Assembly: GCA_046753765.1 (NCBI GenBank)
Contig: JBHHUN010000001.1
Span: forward strand, 12,141-76,140
Direction of reading: 5' to 3'
DNA: 64,000 nt
Source: Candidatus Dojkabacteria bacterium
GTDB taxonomy: Bacteria > Patescibacteriota > Dojkabacteria > B142 > OLB20
Positions within the stretch are counted from its first letter, which is position 1; the number at the start of each line of letters is the position of its first letter. The notes under the pieces are model-generated. The model ran no database searches, was not told the origin of the DNA, and worked only from the letters and a program-made list of their open reading frames with translations. Below are positions 48,986 through 57,864 of this stretch, piece after piece. A program made the position numbers and the translations under genes.

Positions 48986-50218
48986 ATGAACGAAGCGAAC
49001 AAGATTAAAACCGATAAGGCAGAAGATTCCAAAAAAAAGAGGAAAGGGCTTGGATTTAAGAGAAAGCTAACCTGCTCAGTGGTGGTGTTATTCATCGTTA
49101 CAATCTGTTTCTCAGTGTTTGGAATACTTTGGTATGGCGGATTCATCAGGCAGTTCACCTGTGACAGGGTGGTCGCTGGTTCACAGATTCACACTTCATT
49201 CGATTGTGATTTAAGCTCTTCGAATGATGATCAAAGTAGATCTGAGTACGTTACCAAACAACTTGAACCGAGGGACGATATCGTTGTTTCCGATCTTGAA
49301 GAGGTTATTACGAAAGTATTTAATGAAGCAAGTCCTGCTGTCGTGGGAATTGGAATCAAAGGCAATGACTTTGGTGCCGATCAGGTGATAGGTACTGGCT
49401 TCTTGGTCACCGAGAACGGTCTGATAGTAACAAATCGGCATGTTGTCGAATCAACCAAAGAAGACTACTTTGTCAACCTCAAGGACAGTGAAGAGAGTAT
49501 TTCCGTAACTGAGATATTCCGCGATCCAGTGAATGATCTGGCTCTTATTAGAATCGAAAAGGATGAGCTTTCTTCCCTTCCGCTCGGAGATTCCGATAAC
49601 CTTATGCAGGGCCAGACAGTAATTGCAATTGGCAACCCTCTAGGAAAGTACTCGGGAACTGTAACTTCGGGTATCATTAGCGGTCTTAACCGTGAGGTTG
49701 ACATCAGTGAGGGATTTTTTTCAAGCGCCTTCGAGACCTATGAAGATGTCATTCAGACTGACGCCGCTATCAACCCCGGAAATTCAGGCGGTCCACTGCT
49801 AAATTCGAACGGCGAGGTCATCGGAATTAACTTTGCGACTGTCTCGGGCGCAGACAATCTTTCTTTTGCCATTCCAATTAACAGAATTAAAAGCAGGATA
49901 TCCGAGTTGAATGAACATGGGCGGTTCAGGATACCGTTTGTAGGCGTTGAATACCGTATGCGGATAGTCTTCCTTGATAATACCTCAACTATTGGTGCAG
50001 AAGTCAGCAGGGTGCTGAAGGGAGAGTCGGCCGACAAGGCAGGGCTAAAGCGTGGTGATATTATCGTTGAGTTCAATGGATCTGATCTTGAAGACGAGAG
50101 TTTGTTCTCACTCATTCAAAAAACTGAGATCGGTGATGAGGTAGATCTGGTTATCCTGCGAGCAGGAAAAACCTTCAATGCAACGCTTAAAATTGGGGAG
50201 AGGGGTTCTGATTTTTAA
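48986..50218 (+). CDS. htrA: HtrA/DegP-family serine protease with one PDZ domain
   Basis: TM; GTGF, TNRHVV, DLAL and IQTDAAINPGNSGGPL motifs; C-terminal PDZ. Confidence 0.93.
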   Translation: MNEANKIKTDKAEDSKKKRKGLGFKRKLTCSVVVLFIVTICFSVFGILWYGGFIRQFTCDRVVAGSQIHTSFDCDLSSSNDDQSRSEYVTKQLEPRDDIVVSDLEEVITKVFNEASPAVVGIGIKGNDFGADQVIGTGFLVTENGLIVTNRHVVESTKEDYFVNLKDSEESISVTEIFRDPVNDLALIRIEKDELSSLPLGDSDNLMQGQTVIAIGNPLGKYSGTVTSGIISGLNREVDISEGFFSSAFETYEDVIQTDAAINPGNSGGPLLNSNGEVIGINFATVSGADNLSFAIPINRIKSRISELNEHGRFRIPFVGVEYRMRIVFLDNTSTIGAEVSRVLKGESADKAGLKRGDIIVEFNGSDLEDESLFSLIQKTEIGDEVDLVILRAGKTFNATLKIGERGSDF

Positions 50219-51105
50219 GGCTTTGTGATCTCGAAGACCCTGTCATGGCCGGCAAGATCTTTGTGTAGTGACAGATTAAGTTTTAAGTCAGGTATATTGT
50301 TCGCCAGGGCTTTTATCCGCTCTTCAGTCTCTTGAGCTAAAGTGCTATGTATCTCAGCTAAAGCAATCCCTCCCATTGCAAGATTCTTGCTGAGTATTCT
50401 TATTAGCAGGGGAAAGTACTTTAGTCCGTCTTCTCCGCCGTCTAGAGCAGCTACAGGCTCATATTTACGCACTGTTACACTTAGGTCTGGCAATTCGTCT
50501 GTGGGTATATAGGGAAGATTGGCCGTGATTATGTCATACTGATTGTTTGTTTGAAAATCATTAATATCTTCCTGGATAAATCGTACCTGCCCTGAAACAC
50601 TTTGAGTGTTTACGTTTCTCTTGGCAACAGAGATTGCTCCTGTGGATACATCAACTGCGTCAAAAATGGTCTTTTTGGGAGAGGACTTCGCGATGCTAAT
50701 GGGGATATTACCGCTTCCAGTAGCAAGATCCAACCCGAAGAGCTGTTCTTTGTTGCTGCTCTCAATATGTTTCAAGGCAAGCTCAACTACTAATTCAGTT
50801 TCCGGCCTCGGGATCAGTGTGTCCCTGTTGACCTCGAATTTAAGTCCCCAGAATTCTTTTGAGCCTTCAATGTATGCAAGTGGCTCTCCGTGGGTACGTC
50901 TAGTGATGAGTTTCTTGAGTCCGGAGAGCTGGTCCTCAGTAAGTACTTCTTCGCCATGGGCGATGATATATTCTCGTGGTCGCCTCAGCAAGTGAGATAT
51001 CAGCAGCTCAGCATCCAGTTGCGGACTTTCGCTTTGTTTCAATTGGGAGACGGTTACTCGTAATGCTTCCCCGATTGTACTTGCTGTTGTGTTCTCGGGT
51101 CTCAT
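50215..51105 (-). CDS. prmC: Release factor glutamine methyltransferase
   Basis: GEPLAYI, LIPRPETE, DLATGSG, ANLPYI and EP..ALDGGEDGL motifs. Confidence 0.95.
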   Translation of the reverse strand: MRPENTTASTIGEALRVTVSQLKQSESPQLDAELLISHLLRRPREYIIAHGEEVLTEDQLSGLKKLITRRTHGEPLAYIEGSKEFWGLKFEVNRDTLIPRPETELVVELALKHIESSNKEQLFGLDLATGSGNIPISIAKSSPKKTIFDAVDVSTGAISVAKRNVNTQSVSGQVRFIQEDINDFQTNNQYDIITANLPYIPTDELPDLSVTVRKYEPVAALDGGEDGLKYFPLLIRILSKNLAMGGIALAEIHSTLAQETEERIKALANNIPDLKLNLSLHKDLAGHDRVFEITKP

Positions 51106-52151
51106 TGTGCCTTGATGAGCTCTTCACTTGTTGCTGTAATCACATCTTCAAGGTCTCCATCCAGTATTCCGCTCAAATTATGCCAGCTTTTTTTGATTCT
51201 GTGGTCTGTAACTCTGCTCTGTGGAAAGTTATATGTTCGTATCTTCGCAGAGCGATCCCCACCACGAATGGCGGATTGTCGTTGATCCCTTTCCTCATCC
51301 ATCTGTTTTTGTGTCTCGAGGTCGTAAAGTCTGCTTTTTAAAACCTTTAGCGCCTTAGTCCTGTTTTTTAGCTGGGACTTTTCATCCTGGCACGTGACAA
51401 CGATTCCCGTTGGAACGTGTGTCATCCTCACGGCTGAGTCAGTAGTATTCACACTTTGCCCACCAGGCCCGCTGGAACGGTAAACATCAACTTTCAGATC
51501 CTCATCTTTAACCTCAATCTCAACATCATCTACCTCGGGCATTACAACTACTGAGGCAGCTGAGGTATGGATCCTCCCTGATGATTCTGTAGCAGGGACT
51601 CGTTGTACACGGTGCACTCCGCTTTCATACTTAAGCTTTCCATAGACACTTTCACCTCTCACAAAGAAGATAATCTCTTTGAATCCGCCTGTATCCGATG
51701 GAGCGTCACTTATAAGTTCGATCTTCCAATTCATCTTTTCTGCAAAACGACTATACATTCTGAAAAGCTCAGCGGCAAACAGTGCTGCCTCTTCACCACC
51801 GGCACCTGCTCTGATCTCAACTATACTATCGCGGATATCATTGGGGTCAGTTACTCTTGTAAGTTCTGTGAAATCACTGTGAAGATTATTTAGGGTCGCT
51901 TCGTTTTGAGCGAGTTCGTCGGCATAGAAAGCCAGAAGCTCCTGGGATTTTTCGTCTTTTATTAACTGCGTTGTTTCCTTTATCTCTCTATTCAGGTCTG
52001 TGATTTCTTGTGCAAGTGCGTACCTGTCGGCTAGTGCAGCGCGTTCGCGTGACAGCTTCTGAAGCAGGGCAGAATTGCTCACTACCTTCGGGTCCGACAA
52101 CATTTTTGTTAGTTCATCGTACCTGGTTACTGTTTCGGCAATTGTGTCCAT
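51102..52151 (-). CDS. prfA: Peptide chain release factor 1
   Basis: RAGAGGEEAALF, HRVQRVPATES (PxT motif), GPGGQSVNTTDSAVR and RTYNFPQ. Confidence 0.97.
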   Translation of the reverse strand: MDTIAETVTRYDELTKMLSDPKVVSNSALLQKLSRERAALADRYALAQEITDLNREIKETTQLIKDEKSQELLAFYADELAQNEATLNNLHSDFTELTRVTDPNDIRDSIVEIRAGAGGEEAALFAAELFRMYSRFAEKMNWKIELISDAPSDTGGFKEIIFFVRGESVYGKLKYESGVHRVQRVPATESSGRIHTSAASVVVMPEVDDVEIEVKDEDLKVDVYRSSGPGGQSVNTTDSAVRMTHVPTGIVVTCQDEKSQLKNRTKALKVLKSRLYDLETQKQMDEERDQRQSAIRGGDRSAKIRTYNFPQSRVTDHRIKKSWHNLSGILDGDLEDVITATSEELIKAQ

Positions 52152-52199
52152 GAGAGATATCGCACCTTTATTAGTGCAATTGTAACAATTAGAGGTGGG

Positions 52200-52526
52200 T
52201 TATTGAAGCTGCTTGAGCATGTCGCGCAGAGTGAGGTTTTTGCTGCCATCGACTTTTTTCACTTTACCCTTGTTCCTGCGTTTCTTCGCCTTTTCGCGTT
52301 TGCTGACACGCTTTGTGCCAGAAGCAGACTTACGTTTCTTTTCGAATTTCTTTACCAAGTTTTCAGTGTCAACGATCCTGTGTTTGCCTGTGTAGAAGGG
52401 ATGTGAGGTACTAGTCACCTCAACGGTGATCTCTTCTTTTGTGCTGGCCAGGTTGAAACTCTTCCCAGTGGAAAGATCTGTTACTTTGGCGTTTGTATGT
52501 GTTGTTGGGTGGATTCCTTTTTTCAC
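52200..52526 (-). CDS. rpmE: 50S ribosomal protein L31 (Cys-less type B) with C-terminal extension
   Basis: MKKGIHP and SHPFYTGK motifs; GTG start; rpmE-prfA-prmC synteny. Confidence 0.93.
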   Translation of the reverse strand: MKKGIHPTTHTNAKVTDLSTGKSFNLASTKEEITVEVTSTSHPFYTGKHRIVDTENLVKKFEKKRKSASGTKRVSKREKAKKRRNKGKVKKVDGSKNLTLRDMLKQLQ

Positions 52527-52560
52527 AAAATATTTGTCCCAAGTTAATCAGGTAGATGCA

Positions 52561-52590
52561 ATTATAGCAGCTAAAACACCTTCCCGGCAA
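52561..52590 (-). promoter_or_regulatory. Promoter of rpmE-prfA-prmC
   Basis: Minus strand TTGCCG-N18-TATAAT with extended TG. Confidence 0.65.
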
Positions 52591-52600
52591 GCTCACATTC

Positions 52601-52629
52601 TTGACTATACGTCCTTTTTTATGTAGTTT
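52601..52629 (+). promoter_or_regulatory. Divergent promoter for ORF 52657
   Basis: TTGACT-N17-TAGTTT. Confidence 0.5.
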
Positions 52630-52656
52630 GAGTGTACATTTAAAGATAAATCTGCC

Positions 52657-53781
52657 ATGGCAAAAAAAGCCCCAAAAAGTAAGAAAACTAGCAAAAGAAA
52701 ATCTAGTAAAGCAAAAAAGTCAGAGAAAGAGACAGTAAAAAGGTCGGCAGAGAAAGATAAAGCAGAAAACTCAGATAAGTTTGTTCCTACGTTTCTTGGT
52801 GGTGCCAAGTCAAAAGCAGCCGCTAAGGCCAAGAAGGTGGAAGAGGTGGAAGAGGATGTTGTCGAAGAAGCCCCTGCCGAAGAAGAAGCCCCTGCTGAAG
52901 TTTCTGAGGAGAGTGAAGTAATAGGGAAAGAAACCGAAACAAATGCAGAGCCAGAAGATCAACCAGCAGGAAGCAGATTCAGTTCTCTTATGCGGGCAAA
53001 AGGTGAGGCAGACGAGGGTGCGATCGGTGGAGATGAGGAGGAAGACAAGGGGGAGAAAAAAAGCAAGAAGAGTTTCTATATCGTTGTTGGAGTATCACTT
53101 GTTTTAATAGTAATTGCTTTTGCCTATTTGCTTATTTCCCGGAATAATCAAACTTCAGAAGTAACACCAACGGATGATCAGATGACGACCGACACAACTG
53201 AGGTCGAACTTGTTCGGAGTACAGTCGATCTGTTGGCAGAGGTTGCTGAGCTCCCCAATGAGATCCCACTTGTTGCAACTATCAACGATTTGGAACAGTT
53301 TAAAGAAGTCGATGCAGCTTTTTATGCGAAAGCCTATATTGGTTATAAGGTTATCATATATCAAGAGTCAAATATGGTTTTTCTGTTCAATGAGACTACC
53401 AATAAGGTTGTAAATATCGGGACGCTAAGTCAGGTGCCGTCAATAGATGAGATTGAACTCGAAGAAACAACTGGCACGGTTGATGAGATTTCCGGACTAA
53501 CAATCTTGATTTTGAATGGAACAACAGCTCCTGGTATAACCCTCGGCTATCAAGGGGAGATAGAAGATCTTAGTGGCGATTACACTGTCACCGACAGGGC
53601 CACAGCTGAGATCCTTGGGTATGCTGAAACAAAGCTGTATGACCTCACAGATGGTACAAAAGAAAACAATATTAAAACTCTTGCAGATGCTCTTGGGATT
53701 GAAGTGGTCGAAGGTCTACCTAATGCCGAACTAGAATCAGATACGGATGTCGTGATAATCTTGGGAGAAGACAGGATTTAG
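52657..53781 (+). CDS. Membrane protein: charged disordered N-terminus, TM, unassigned ExPxVATxxD domain, LytR C-terminal domain
   Basis: EIPLVATIND...FYAKA..G; ILILNGTTAPG...DVVIILGED (LytR_C pattern). Confidence 0.75.
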   Translation: MAKKAPKSKKTSKRKSSKAKKSEKETVKRSAEKDKAENSDKFVPTFLGGAKSKAAAKAKKVEEVEEDVVEEAPAEEEAPAEVSEESEVIGKETETNAEPEDQPAGSRFSSLMRAKGEADEGAIGGDEEEDKGEKKSKKSFYIVVGVSLVLIVIAFAYLLISRNNQTSEVTPTDDQMTTDTTEVELVRSTVDLLAEVAELPNEIPLVATINDLEQFKEVDAAFYAKAYIGYKVIIYQESNMVFLFNETTNKVVNIGTLSQVPSIDEIELEETTGTVDEISGLTILILNGTTAPGITLGYQGEIEDLSGDYTVTDRATAEILGYAETKLYDLTDGTKENNIKTLADALGIEVVEGLPNAELESDTDVVIILGEDRI

Positions 53782-53835
53782 TTTTCAACTGCCCTCAAAT
53801 ACTGCCATCTTGCTTTTAACGCCCATCAAGAATCG

Positions 53836-53843
53836 GGTATAAT
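53836..53843 (+). promoter_or_regulatory. -10 element upstream of the MBL-like gene/dnaB
   Basis: GGTATAAT about 33 nt before the ATG. Confidence 0.4.
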
Positions 53844-53875
53844 ATCAAACCTCGTTAATTTATTAATTGATTTAG

Positions 53876-54433
53876 ATGGTTTTACGCAATGTAAAAGGAA
53901 ACCTAGTCCTTGAAGGTAAGGACGTTAAGGTGTTAGTAGCTACAGCCAAGGGCAAGGATGCCGGAGGCAAGGTTGAACCTGACATCATACTGTCAAACAG
54001 AGATGATTTACAGCCTACGGAGGGCCAGAGTTTAATAGATTCCGCTGGTGAATATGAGATTAAAGATGTTTTTGTTTATGCATTAAGTACAAATGGAGAT
54101 AAATTAGTAGATCTGTTCAGCATCGACCTTGAGAATATAAAGATAGTATATGTTGATGAGCAGACCCGCCAGATAGGAAAGAAGGTGCTTGACCAGGTAG
54201 GTATAGCGAATATTGTAGTGATCGATATGGAAAACAGTAGTCTCGAAGAGAAGGTGAATGTTATCCGTGTGCTCGATCCTGAGTATCTAATACCTCTTGG
54301 TTCGCAAGAAGTGATTAAAAAGCTGGCCAAGCAGTTGGAGCTTGAAATTCCTGATACAGAGAAGAAATTCAAGATCAGGAGTTCAGAATTGAGCGAAGAA
54401 GATTATGGGCTGAAGCTGGTACTATTGCAATAA
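53876..54433 (+). CDS. Degenerate metallo-beta-lactamase-fold protein (Lactamase_B_3-like)
   Basis: IDSAGEYEIKDV and LDPEYLIP patterns; no HxHxDH motif. Confidence 0.65.
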   Translation: MVLRNVKGNLVLEGKDVKVLVATAKGKDAGGKVEPDIILSNRDDLQPTEGQSLIDSAGEYEIKDVFVYALSTNGDKLVDLFSIDLENIKIVYVDEQTRQIGKKVLDQVGIANIVVIDMENSSLEEKVNVIRVLDPEYLIPLGSQEVIKKLAKQLELEIPDTEKKFKIRSSELSEEDYGLKLVLLQ

Positions 54434-54440
54434 TATATTG

Positions 54441-55772
54441 ATGAGCGATTTAAAGTTACCGCCACAGAACCTCGAAGTAGAACAATCAGTTCTTGGGGCT
54501 CTTCTTATCGACGAGGATGCCATATACAAAATCGCTGAATTTTTGCTACCTGAACATTTCTACCGTGAGACACATCAGAAGATCTATGCAGTAATGCAGG
54601 GGCTCGTATCTCAGCAGAAGGCTATCGATGTACTAACTGTTTCGGCGGAGCTTAAAAAGAAGCGACAACTTAAACAGGTCGGGGGAACTGCATTTTTGTC
54701 TGAACTTGTAGCTAACGTCCCTACTGCGGGGCATATTGAGGAGTACGGTCATATTATCAAGGATGCAAGTGTAAGACGAAAGCTCATTGGTGTTGCAGCA
54801 ATGCTTGATGAGATGGCATACAAAGAAGACGAAGAACTGATTGACCTGCTCGATAAGGCAGAAAGGGACCTACTTGGGATAGCAGAATCGCATACAGACA
54901 GTGACTTTGTACATGTAGCAAAGCTTCTCGAGGAATCATATGAACGTGCCGAAGAACTTAACAAAGACCCCGGAAAATTAAGGGGAATCGCATGTGGTTT
55001 CAACTACCTGGATGGAATCCTGGGGGGCTTTCAGGAGTCAGACTTAGTAATACTTGCTGCAAGACCCTCTGTCGGAAAGACTGCGCTGGCTCTGGATATT
55101 GCAAGGCATGCTTCAGTTACTGAAGGGAAGAATATTGGTATCTTCTCTCTTGAGATGTCGAACACGCAATTAATGGATAGACTGTTGTCGATGCAGGTTG
55201 GAGTTGGACTATGGAACCTGCGTATGGGAAAGATATCTGATGACGCCTTTTCAAGGCTTGCTGAAGCGATGGGAGTTCTTTCAGAAGCAAATCTCTACAT
55301 TGATGACACTCCGGGAATTGGAATAATGGAGATGCGCACAAAAGCCAGACGACTGAAGGTCGAAAAAGGTTTGGATATGGTAATTGTCGACTATCTACAG
55401 CTGATGGCGGGACGTCGCCAGGAGAGCAGGGTGCAAGAGGTGTCTGAGATCTCAAGATTTCTCAAATCGATGGCGAGGGAGCTTGAGATTCCTGTTCTTG
55501 CGCTTTCTCAACTTAGTAGATCGGTTGAGCAGCGAGGTGGCGATGGTGTGCCACAACTTTCCGATCTTCGTGACTCAGGATCCATTGAACAGGACGCTGA
55601 TGTTGTTATATTTCTGAGCAAAATGGGGGGAGGCGAAGAAGAAGAGGTTAATGAAAACAGAATGCTGACAGTTGCAAAACACAGAAACGGTCCGACAGGT
55701 GCGGTTGAGCTCTTTTTTGTTGGTGAGCAGGCGCGTTTTCGGGAACTCGATAAACATCACGGTAGCACCTAG
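54441..55772 (+). CDS. dnaB: Replicative DNA helicase
   Basis: PPQNLEVEQSVLG, AARPSVGKT, FSLEM, IVDYLQL, LSQLSR, SDLRDSGSIEQDAD and KHRNG motifs. Confidence 0.98.
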   Translation: MSDLKLPPQNLEVEQSVLGALLIDEDAIYKIAEFLLPEHFYRETHQKIYAVMQGLVSQQKAIDVLTVSAELKKKRQLKQVGGTAFLSELVANVPTAGHIEEYGHIIKDASVRRKLIGVAAMLDEMAYKEDEELIDLLDKAERDLLGIAESHTDSDFVHVAKLLEESYERAEELNKDPGKLRGIACGFNYLDGILGGFQESDLVILAARPSVGKTALALDIARHASVTEGKNIGIFSLEMSNTQLMDRLLSMQVGVGLWNLRMGKISDDAFSRLAEAMGVLSEANLYIDDTPGIGIMEMRTKARRLKVEKGLDMVIVDYLQLMAGRRQESRVQEVSEISRFLKSMARELEIPVLALSQLSRSVEQRGGDGVPQLSDLRDSGSIEQDADVVIFLSKMGGGEEEEVNENRMLTVAKHRNGPTGAVELFFVGEQARFRELDKHHGST

Positions 55773-55840
55773 ACGGTTAGCGACAAATATCTTATCATAA
55801 AGCTATCTCATATCCAGTTTTAGATTAGACGTAGGGTTTT

Positions 55841-56206
55841 ATGGGGAAGAAACTACTAATTGTTGAGGACGAGAAGCCCATAGCACGCGCGTTGGAGCTG
55901 AAGCTTTCTAACTCGGGGTTCGAAGTGACTGTAGCCCTAGATGGCCAGAAGGCGATTGATCTGGTAGATAACGGTGAGTTTGACCTCATCCTACTGGATC
56001 TGGTTATGCCAAATCTGGATGGCTTTGGATTTCTCACGCAGCTGAAAGAGAAAGGGAAAAAGATCCCCGTTATTGTAACTTCCAACCTAAGCCAGGATGA
56101 AGACATCGAGAAGGCCAAACAGATGGGGGCAGTTGGATACTACGTGAAATCTAACACACCGCTCGCTGATATCGTAGATAAAATCAATCAATATTTCGCT
56201 AAATGA
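55841..56206 (+). CDS. Single-domain response regulator (CheY-like receiver)
   Basis: LLIVEDE, LILLDLVMP.LDG, VIVTS and YYVK motifs. Confidence 0.93.
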   Translation: MGKKLLIVEDEKPIARALELKLSNSGFEVTVALDGQKAIDLVDNGEFDLILLDLVMPNLDGFGFLTQLKEKGKKIPVIVTSNLSQDEDIEKAKQMGAVGYYVKSNTPLADIVDKINQYFAK

Positions 56207-57864
56207 GACTGGATGACAAACGCATACGGGATCTACTGCTCAAGAACAGTTACGTAAGTAAAGACGACATCAAAGCAGCTGAGAAGTATGCAAAAGAAAG
56301 AAATGCGACCGTTGTAGACTACCTGCTCAAGGAGGAATTGATTAATAAGGACCTTCTGGGGCAGGCGATAGCAGAGTTCTACAAGGTAAATTATGCTGAC
56401 CTTAACACTAACATCCCTACCCGTGAAGATGTACTTAAGATTCCTGCAGATATTGGAAAGAAATATCGGCTGGTCATAGCAAACCAAACCACAGACAGCT
56501 ATACGATTGCAACTGATAATCCTCAACAAAAAGGACTGTTACCGGCACTTAAAGATCTTTTCAGAAATAAAAAAATAACTCTAGCATTCTCAATCCCAGA
56601 AGACATCGATGCGTCTCTTGTGCATTATCGTGAACCCCTCGAAACCAGGTTTAAGAAGATTCTTGAGAACTCTGAGAGTGTTGCGCCTGAGGTTGTAGTT
56701 GAGATAATTGATGATGCAATAGTTGATGGGGCCTCGGATATTCATTTTGAACCACAGGAGAAAGATGTTCTAATCCGTGTCAGAATCGATGGTGTATTGC
56801 GTGAAGCTGCCCGTATAGGTAAAAAGTACTACGACAATATTCTAAACCTGATCAAAGTAAACGCACATATGAGAATCGATGAGCACAATGCAGCCCAAGA
56901 TGGTTCGATGCGAATTGTTAAGGGCGACAGGAGAGTTGACATGCGTGTGTCTGTCATGCCCACCCTCGACGGTGAGAAGATCACTGTCAGGATACTCTCG
57001 GAATATGTAAGCAAGTTCTCCCTCTCTGACATAGGTTTGTCCGAACGAGACCAGGATCTGTTTATCGAAGCCGGAAAGAAGCCATTTGGGATGATTCTGG
57101 TTACTGGTCCAACTGGGTCAGGAAAAACGAGTAGCCTATACTCTCTAATCAGGATTTTAAACACTCCAGAGGTAAATGTAACGACAATCGAAGATCCTGT
57201 TGAATACAAAATCAAAGGCGTGAATCACATTCAGGTTAACACTCAAACAGAACTTACTTTTGCAAAGGGTTTGAGGTCAATCGTCAGGCAAGATCCTGAT
57301 ATCATCCTAGTTGGAGAGATACGTGACCAGGAGACAGCCGAAATAGCTGTTAACGCTGCACTGACCGGACATCTTCTATTATCAACATTTCATGCTAATG
57401 ACGCTGCAACCTCTATTCCGAGATTGCTTGACATGGGAATTGAATCGTTTCTGCTTGCATCAACCTTAGAGCTGGTTGTGGCACAAAGACTGGTCAGAAA
57501 GATCTGCCTTGCTTGTCGTATCAGCAGAAAATACACAAGAGCAGCTCTTGTAAAAGAGCATCCCTTTCTCGATGATTATCTATCTAAGAAGAAGAAAGAG
57601 TTTACACTCTATGACACAAAGCCCTGCAAAGCGTGTCCGGGGGGTGGTTTTCAGGGAAGGACTGCAATCTTTGAGTTCATTAAAGTGACAAGGGAGATGC
57701 GGGATTTAATCCTTCAGGACCCCTCTACAAATGAGATTCTTGACCTGGCAAAAAAACAGGGTTTTGTCACAATGTTCGAAGATGGTTTGGATAAGGTTTT
57801 CAATGGAATTACCACATTGGATGAGCTTTTGCGTGTGGCTAAGCCACCGGAGACCCATGCTTAA
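56203..57864 (+). CDS. pilB: Type IV pilus assembly ATPase PilB/GspE
   Basis: ASDIHFEP, RVRIDG, GPTGSGKT, TIEDPVEY, RQDPDIILVGEIRD, AQRLVR and CxxC...CxxC motifs. Confidence 0.93.
   Translation: MRLDDKRIRDLLLKNSYVSKDDIKAAEKYAKERNATVVDYLLKEELINKDLLGQAIAEFYKVNYADLNTNIPTREDVLKIPADIGKKYRLVIANQTTDSYTIATDNPQQKGLLPALKDLFRNKKITLAFSIPEDIDASLVHYREPLETRFKKILENSESVAPEVVVEIIDDAIVDGASDIHFEPQEKDVLIRVRIDGVLREAARIGKKYYDNILNLIKVNAHMRIDEHNAAQDGSMRIVKGDRRVDMRVSVMPTLDGEKITVRILSEYVSKFSLSDIGLSERDQDLFIEAGKKPFGMILVTGPTGSGKTSSLYSLIRILNTPEVNVTTIEDPVEYKIKGVNHIQVNTQTELTFAKGLRSIVRQDPDIILVGEIRDQETAEIAVNAALTGHLLLSTFHANDAATSIPRLLDMGIESFLLASTLELVVAQRLVRKICLACRISRKYTRAALVKEHPFLDDYLSKKKKEFTLYDTKPCKACPGGGFQGRTAIFEFIKVTREMRDLILQDPSTNEILDLAKKQGFVTMFEDGLDKVFNGITTLDELLRVAKPPETHA

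Noticed and set aside
54441-55772. Intein in DnaB (or in DnaX/TopA)
   Set aside because: The proteins have normal lengths with contiguous motifs.
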